Of a DNA stretch of 64,000 nt, positions 57,697 through 64,000 are shown piece after piece; position 1 is the stretch's first letter; every line of letters begins with the position of its first letter. The position numbers and the translations under genes were made by a program. The notes beneath the pieces are model-generated. The model saw only the letters and a list, made by a program, of their open reading frames with translations, ran no database searches and had not been told where the DNA came from. This DNA comes from Hormiphora californensis (taxonomy: Eukaryota; Animalia; Ctenophora), in the NCBI GenBank assembly GCA_020137815.1, contig CM035354.1:1674001-1738000 (forward strand). Direction: 5' to 3'.

Positions 57697-60600
57697 GTAG
57701 TAGGTATTAAGGTCGTGCCCTTTTTTGGGCCCCCTTTTGCGCCAAAGGGGCGCCTTTTGGGGGCCCCACGTGGCGCCACGTGGCGATTTTTTAGCGCCAA
57801 ATGGCGCCAAAATTTGGCGTTTGCGCACAAACCCCCCAAATTTGGCCCCAAAAATGGGCCCAGTTTGCGATTTTTTGGCCCCAAAAATGGCGCCACGTGG
57901 CGCCAAATGGCGCCATGGCGTTTAAAAATCGCCAAGTTTTGGGGGTTTTTTGGCGGTCCCCCGCCCCCCGTGGCGATGCGAATTTGTCTGAAAAAAACTG
58001 GTCCTCCCCAAGGGGGCCCCAAAATTGGCCCCCAATTGGGGCGCCATGTACTTTTCACTTTTGGCGCCAAAATTGGCGCCAATTCCCCAAAATTGGGCCC
58101 GCCACTTGGCGAAGGGGAACGTTCAAAAAGGGGAAAATTTAAACCCCCCCTTTTTGGCGCAATCTTGGCGCCAATTGGCGCTCTCTTGGCGTAAGCCCCA
58201 ATTTGGCCCAAATAGCGCAAAACCTTGGCGCCAATTTACGCCAAATTGGCGATTGGATCAATCCCCAAATTTTTGCGCCAAATGGGGGGCCATTTTGGCA
58301 TTGGCCCCAAATTTTTTGGGCCCCAATTTGGCGCCAAAGGCGCTCTTGGCCCAATTTAGCCCAATTGGCGTTGGATCAAATCGCCAACTTGCGCTAAATT
58401 GGCCGATTTGTTCCATCCCATTTGGCCCCAAAATTGGGAAAAAGGGGTCATGACCCTATGCCCAATTTTTGGCGCCAATTTTTCGATTTTTTGGCGCCAA
58501 AAACCATTTTGGGCGCCAAATTTTATCGCCAAAAAAAAATCCCCGGGGCCCCCCAAAACGCGATTTGGCCCCGGGTTTTTTTTGGCGCCAACCCTTTTTT
58601 TTTGGCCCGGCTTTTGCGGTTCACTTGGGTGAACCTTAAAAAATTGCGCCAAATTCGGGAAATTTGGCGCCAAACCCCCCCTTGCCCAAGTTTTGGCGCC
58701 AACCTGCGAAGTTGGCGAAAACATTGGCGCCAATTTTTTAAAATATTGGGGTCATAAAATTTTAAATTTGGCGCCAATTATTACGCCAATTTTAAAAATT
58801 TTCGGCAAACAACCCCTTGAGCGCTTTTTGCGCCACTTTTGGCCCCAAATTTATTGCCCCCCAAATTTTTGGCGCCAAAAAACAAAACATTCAGTTTCTT
58901 CGGGCGCCTGCCCCTCTGAGCCACTGTCGGTCTGTCAAGCTGTCTGGCGCCGCCGACAGCTCATTTTGGATCTGGCTTTGGCGGATAACTTTCATTACCA
59001 GTGGACACAAATGTCTGACCCCAACTCGTCCACCCTTTCCATTTATAACGGGGCCCCTTCAAATTTGGGGGAAGCCTTTTTAACTTGGTACGGCTGAAAT
59101 TTTAGGTACTTTTAATTGTTAAAAGATACGAGGTCAAGTAACAGATCTTAGGGACAAAAAAGCCTTTTTGGTTGGACCCTCATTTAGACGTTATCGAACC
59201 CCTTTGGGCTGTACCCCGTTGATCTTATCTCTACTTTCCTCTGCCCCCTTTTCTCGTCTCTCTTTTTTCTCTCCCTCTCCTCCTCTCTCTCTCTCTCTCT
59301 TTCTCTCTCTCCCCCTCTCTCGTCCCTCTCTCCCTCTCTCTCTATCCCTCTCTTTTCTCCTCTCCTCTCCTCTCTTCTCTCTCTCTCTCTCTCCCTTCTC
59401 TCTCTCTTCCTTTCTCCTCCCCCCCTTTCTCTCATCTCTCTCTCTTTCTCTCTCTCTCCCCCCCTCTCTTCATCATTCGGGCGAAAATTAAGGTTGGTAG
59501 ATGGTAGGGATGGTGTAAGGATGAGGAAAGAGGTTCCCTTCAAGTATTTTTAAATCAGGTGATAAGATTGGAACTGGAGCTGTATTGGGGTACTATATAC
59601 GCGTACTACCTATGGTAGAAATTTTGGGAAATCAGGGGAAACCCCTTTTTAGATCAGGAACCCCGAACCATAACACGCATCCAACAACATCAGTGGAGTA
59701 TTCACGCATTTGACTTGCCTACCCGCCTAAAAACCATTTGATTCGCACGGCAAATTGTAATTGTTGCACGCTAGTGTTCCACGTTTATGGGTTACTCCAT
59801 CATCATCAACCCCCCCAAGCTTTTTCTAGGGGACGGCAATTCAAACTTTATGTGGCGCCATAAAATTTGGGGCCATAAATTGGCGCCAAATTTTTATATT
59901 TTGGCCAATATTTTTTAAAAGGGCCCAGGGAAAAAAATTTGGGGCCAAAAAAGGCGCTATTATTGGGGCCCCAAAAGTTTTTCGGCCCCGATTTTATTTC
60001 AAAAATGAAAAATTGGCGCAAAAAAATTGGGGCAGGATGGGTGGCCCAATTTCGAATTGGCCAATTTTTTTTAAGGTCACCCAATGAACCGCCAAAAGCC
60101 GGCGCCAAAAAGAGTTTTGGGGGCCCAAAAAAACCAGCCGCCAAAAACGCGTTTTTGGGGCCCGGGTTTTTTTTTGGCGATAAAATTTGGGGCCAAAAAT
60201 TTTTTTTGGGGCCAAAAAAACGAAAAATTTGGGGCCAAAAATTTGGGACTTAGGGTCAGACCCCCTTTCCCTAAATTGGGCCAAATAGCGCCATTTGGCC
60301 CAATTGGGGCTAAATTTGGGGCCAATCGCCAATTGGGGCCCCCTTTGGGGGCCTAATTTTTCGATTTTTTATTTTAATCGCCAATTTGGCGCAAAAATTT
60401 GGGGCCAAGTACGCCATTTGGCGCCAAAATTTGGGGCTAAAAAATTGGGGCCAAACGCCAAATTTGGCGCCATTTTTGGGCCAAGTTGGGGATTTGTATT
60501 CAAATCGCCAATTTTTGGCGCTAAAATTGGGGCCAAATAGCGCCATTTGCCCAAATTGGCGCTAATTTGCGCCAACGCCATTTTGGCGCCAATTTGGCGT

Positions 60601-62259
60601 GATTGGCATTTTTATCCAATCGCCAAATTTTTCGCTAATTGGCGCCAAGCAGCGCCATTTGGCGCCAAAAATTGGGGGCTAATTTTGGCGCCCAAACGCC
60701 TTTTTGGGGCTAAATTGGCGGAAACGCCAAGCAGCGCTAATTGCGATTTGTGTCCAATCGCCCATTTTGGGGCCAATTGGCCCAACACGCCATTGGCGCC
60801 AAAATTGGGGCTAATTGGGGGCAATCCCAAGAGCCCAATTTTTGGGGCCAATTTTGGGGCCAAGTTGGCGATTTAATCTTATCGGGGCCAAATTTACGCC
60901 AAATTGGGCCCCCTTGGCGCCATTTGGGCCCCCTTTGGGGTAGGAATTCCTCTGAGGACCCTTATGAATTTTGGAATTTTTGGTACTATCGCCATTTTGG
61001 GGCCAATTGGCCCCCTTGGCGAACACATTTTTCAGACAATTCGCATCGCCTGGCGGTACCGCCAAATACCGCCAACACTTGGCGATTTAATCGCCCCGGG
61101 CGCCCTTGGGGCCCCCTTGGCGCCATTTTTGGGGGCCAAAAAATCGCCAACTTGGCCCATTTTGGGGCCCCAAAAAGGCGTTTGCGCAGTGCCAAATTTT
61201 TTCGCCTTTGGCGCTAAAATTCGCCCCGTGGGGCCAAAAGTAAAACGCCTTTTTCGCCAATTGGCGCTAAATTGCGCCAATCGCCAAATTGGCCCCAATT
61301 TGGCGCTAAAATTGGCGATTTTTATTCAATCGCCAAATTTGGGGCTAAAAATTGGCGCCAAATAGCGCCATTTTCGCCAAATTGGCGCTAAAATTTGGGG
61401 CCAATCGCCAAATTGGCGCCAATTTGGCCTAATTGCGATTTGTATTCAAAACCCAATTTTGGGGCTAATTGGCGCCAATCGCCATTTTGGGGCCAATTGG
61501 CGCTAATTTTCGCCAATCGCCTTTTGGCCCAATTTGGCGCTGGTTGGCGTTTTTTATCCAACTCGCCCAAATTTTCCTAAATTGGGGGGCCCGCAGCGCC
61601 TTTGGCGCCAAATTGGCGCTAAATTTTTGGGCCAATCGCCATTTTGGGGCAATTGGCGGCAAACGCCAACACGCTAAGTTTGCATTTGTTTCCAATCGCC
61701 ATTTTTTGGGGCCAAATTGGCGCCCAAACACGCCCCTTTGGCGCCAAATTGGCGTAAAAATTGGCGGCAAAACGCCAAACACGCCAAATTTTGGCCAATT
61801 TGGGGGCCCAATTTTCGATTTATTCTTTTCCCAATTTAGCGCCAATTGGGGCCACTTGGGGCCATTTGGCGCCACTTTGGGGATAGGAATCCCCTTTTGG
61901 GCCCTTTTAGAATATTTTGGGAATTTTTGGGGACTATCGCCAATTTGGCGCCAATTTGCGCCCCTTGGCATGGACACGTTTATTCAACAATTCCATCGCC
62001 ACGGGCGGTACCCCGCCAAATAACCCCCCACCTTGGGGATTTACAATCGCCACGTGGCGCCACTTGGCCCACGTGGCGCCCTTTTGGGGCCAAAAAAAAA
62101 GCCAACTTGGCGCCTTTTGGGGGCCAAAATTTGGGGGGTTGCGCAAATTCGCCAAATTTTGGGGCCATTTGGCGCTAAAAAAATCGCCACGTGGGGCCAA
62201 ATGGCGCCAATTTTGGGCCCCAAATGGCCCAAAGTGCGCACGACCTTAACTCCAACTAC
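57697..62259. mobile_element. Possible 4.6-kb element with long GGCGCC-rich inverted arms (low-accuracy sequence)
   Basis: gtag...ttaaggtcgtgc at about 57697-57718 mirrors gcacgaccttaa...ctac at about 62238-62259. The arms are full of ggcgccaa/ttggcg motifs and flank a non-repetitive core at about 58870-59850. Confidence 0.45.
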
Positions 62260-63556
62260 CCCGGGATTATATTGGGTCCACGGGGACCTATTCTAGGCTG
62301 GTCGGTGGGGAAGTCAATATAGGTCTCCCAAGAAAGTTGGAAGGGATATTAAAACTAAATTATACCCTGTCTTGTAGAAGGGCGTTACCGAACAATTACA
62401 CCAGTCAAATTGGCGTGTCGATACGGGTGGCGCGGAACAACAGCTCTAGAATTGTTTTAAAAGGGTTGTCCCTAGCGAATTATAATGTTCCCCAAAAAAG
62501 AGAAAGATTATCATCACTCTTTGATCAGTATATCAAATTTAACTGGCATTTTTATAGTGGGAAATGCCCCTTTCCTAACCCGGGCCCTTTTTCACCCCCG
62601 CCCCAAAAACCCGGGAAACAAATGTAAAAGAGGGACGTCCCCTTTACGGGTCTCCAATTTTCCAAAATCCAACGAGAATAACAGTAACTTTTTTAGGCAT
62701 TTCATTTATCCATTAAAAATCTACTTTTTTTGTTCTAACCCACCGGGGCACGGGGAAACAGAGTCGAGCAATCAGCAAGGCAACTAGACTTTTAGGTCTT
62801 ATGGCTGACACTGTATTTTAGGGTTCGGCTTTTGGGCTGCTTCCACGGTGACCTAGGAAGACACAAAAATGCAGAGAAAAATTATATGATAAAGTCGCCG
62901 GTTTCCCTTTCTAATTTGGTAATGGAGAGGGAGAGAAGAGAGGGAGAGGGAAAGAAGAGAGAGAAAGCACGAGAGAGGGGGGAGAGAGGAGGGGAAAGGG
63001 GAAAAAGGGGGGTTTTTCCCCGGGGGGCGGGGCCCCGCGGGGGAGCGGCCGTCTGTGCCTTTTTTTTTGTGGGCCCTGGGCCCGGTTGGTTTTTTTTTCT
63101 TTTTTTCCTAATTTGTCCTTTGTTTTTGGTGCCTTGTTTCTCTTTCGTCTTCCCCCCGAATTCCAGTCTTCTCCCCCACGCAAAAACTTCATATTTTTCA
63201 TTAATGAGTAGATAATATTTGTCCTGTTCGACCCTCTCACAAGGTAATATTGGGACTTCAAGAAGTTGTTCCTTTATTTTCCCATTGCCGAGAGAGAAGC
63301 AGAATTTCGAAGGAATTTGAAGTTCGAAAAATGAGAACTCTCCAGCTGTGCTTCTCCAATAAGGATTATTATATTAGCTGGGGGGGGGGGCTATTAAAAG
63401 AACAATCACCACCTCCTCTACATTATATATCAGTAATACACGCAGCCAGGTGGAAAAACAATTGTTGATGGGGCGGGTAGAGGGATGGGGAGAGGGATGG
63501 AGAGGGGAGGGCGGGTGGGGTGCTAAGAGCTCATGATCCCCATGAGGCCAGCTGTG

Positions 63557-63652
63557 AATCAGGAAATACTGGTCCCTGATTGGCTGATAACCAGTCACGT
63601 GACCTAAATAACGAGCTCTGATTGGTTGTTTACTTGGTCCGGTCGGTTCCTG
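63557..63652. mobile_element. Short MITE-like repeat, same family as 12262-12347
   Basis: Reverse-complement match of about 70 bp; ends GGTCGGTTCCTG. Confidence 0.75.
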
Positions 63653-63720
63653 GACTCATGTCATCACCGTCTTCCCAACTGGTATTTATACCAGTCTCTC
63701 ATCATCTAGAGTCTCACAAC

Positions 63721-64000
63721 ATGATTCTCTTTGCCCTTCTTCTTCTCCTGTTGACCACGGTCAGTGCATTCCGCTGTACAACCGAGGAGGACCTGGATGA
63801 TGGAGTGACCCAGATAGACTACCCCATAACCCCTCCCAAGGACATGGCTACTGGGTCTCCCATCTGGATAACCGAGATGAATTTCTTTCTGTACGCTGCA
63901 GCATCCCCTGGTGCCGGTGGGAAGGTCCATGCTGGATTCTGGGATAAGGATGACCAGCTGGTGTACAAGGTGATAGTGGACTGTGGGGAGGGCAGGTGGA
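63721..64000 (+). CDS. 5' part of a secreted or membrane protein of unknown family (runs off the window)
   Basis: ATG at 63721 and signal peptide MILFALLLLLLTTVSA. The frame is open to the window end (FRCTTEEDLDDGVTQIDYPITPP...GFWDKDDQLVYKVIVDCGEGRW), with an acceptor-like catctag 11 nt upstream. Confidence 0.75.
   Translation, partial: MILFALLLLLLTTVSAFRCTTEEDLDDGVTQIDYPITPPKDMATGSPIWITEMNFFLYAAASPGAGGKVHAGFWDKDDQLVYKVIVDCGEGRW

Noticed and set aside
57432-62296. Many overlapping GAK/LAP-rich ORFs
   Set aside because: Low-complexity, homopolymer-inflated repeat sequence open in several frames on both strands.

Overview
Eukaryotic, intron-rich animal DNA with no prokaryotic features. The repeat content recalls a cydippid ctenophore (Pleurobrachia/Hormiphora type); this is recollection, not a search result. 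Hand-splicing with phase checks gives six coding units. (1) A + strand locus (6005-19848) with a Ras-association (RA)-like N-terminus, a duplicated RA-completing exon and three giant, phase-compatible coiled-coil terminal exons (about 1570, 806 and 495 aa). (2-3) Two tandem paralogous + strand cassettes (20774-27287 and 29287-33659) of Sushi - Sushi-like - furin-site spacer - Ephrin_rec_like - 2x Sushi-like - TM, both lacking a visible signal-peptide exon. (4) A small secreted F-type-lectin-like gene antisense between them (27792-28478). (5) A - strand DH-PH RhoGEF of the PLEKHG5/6/7 type (core 34895-42108, probable distal 5' exons to 55202). (6) The start of a secreted protein at 63721. Introns hold non-autonomous Helitrons, a DINE-1/HINE-like element, a 1.37-kb foldback element and many micro/minisatellites. 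The most striking pattern is that many intronic tandem repeats are copies of the adjacent splice site (acceptor, donor or branch point, often with the first or last exon bases). Real splice sites therefore sit at the exon-proximal end of decoy arrays. There is a 100-N gap at 49895-49994, and about 45.9-48.3 kb and 57.5-63.1 kb look like low-accuracy, homopolymer-inflated assembly.
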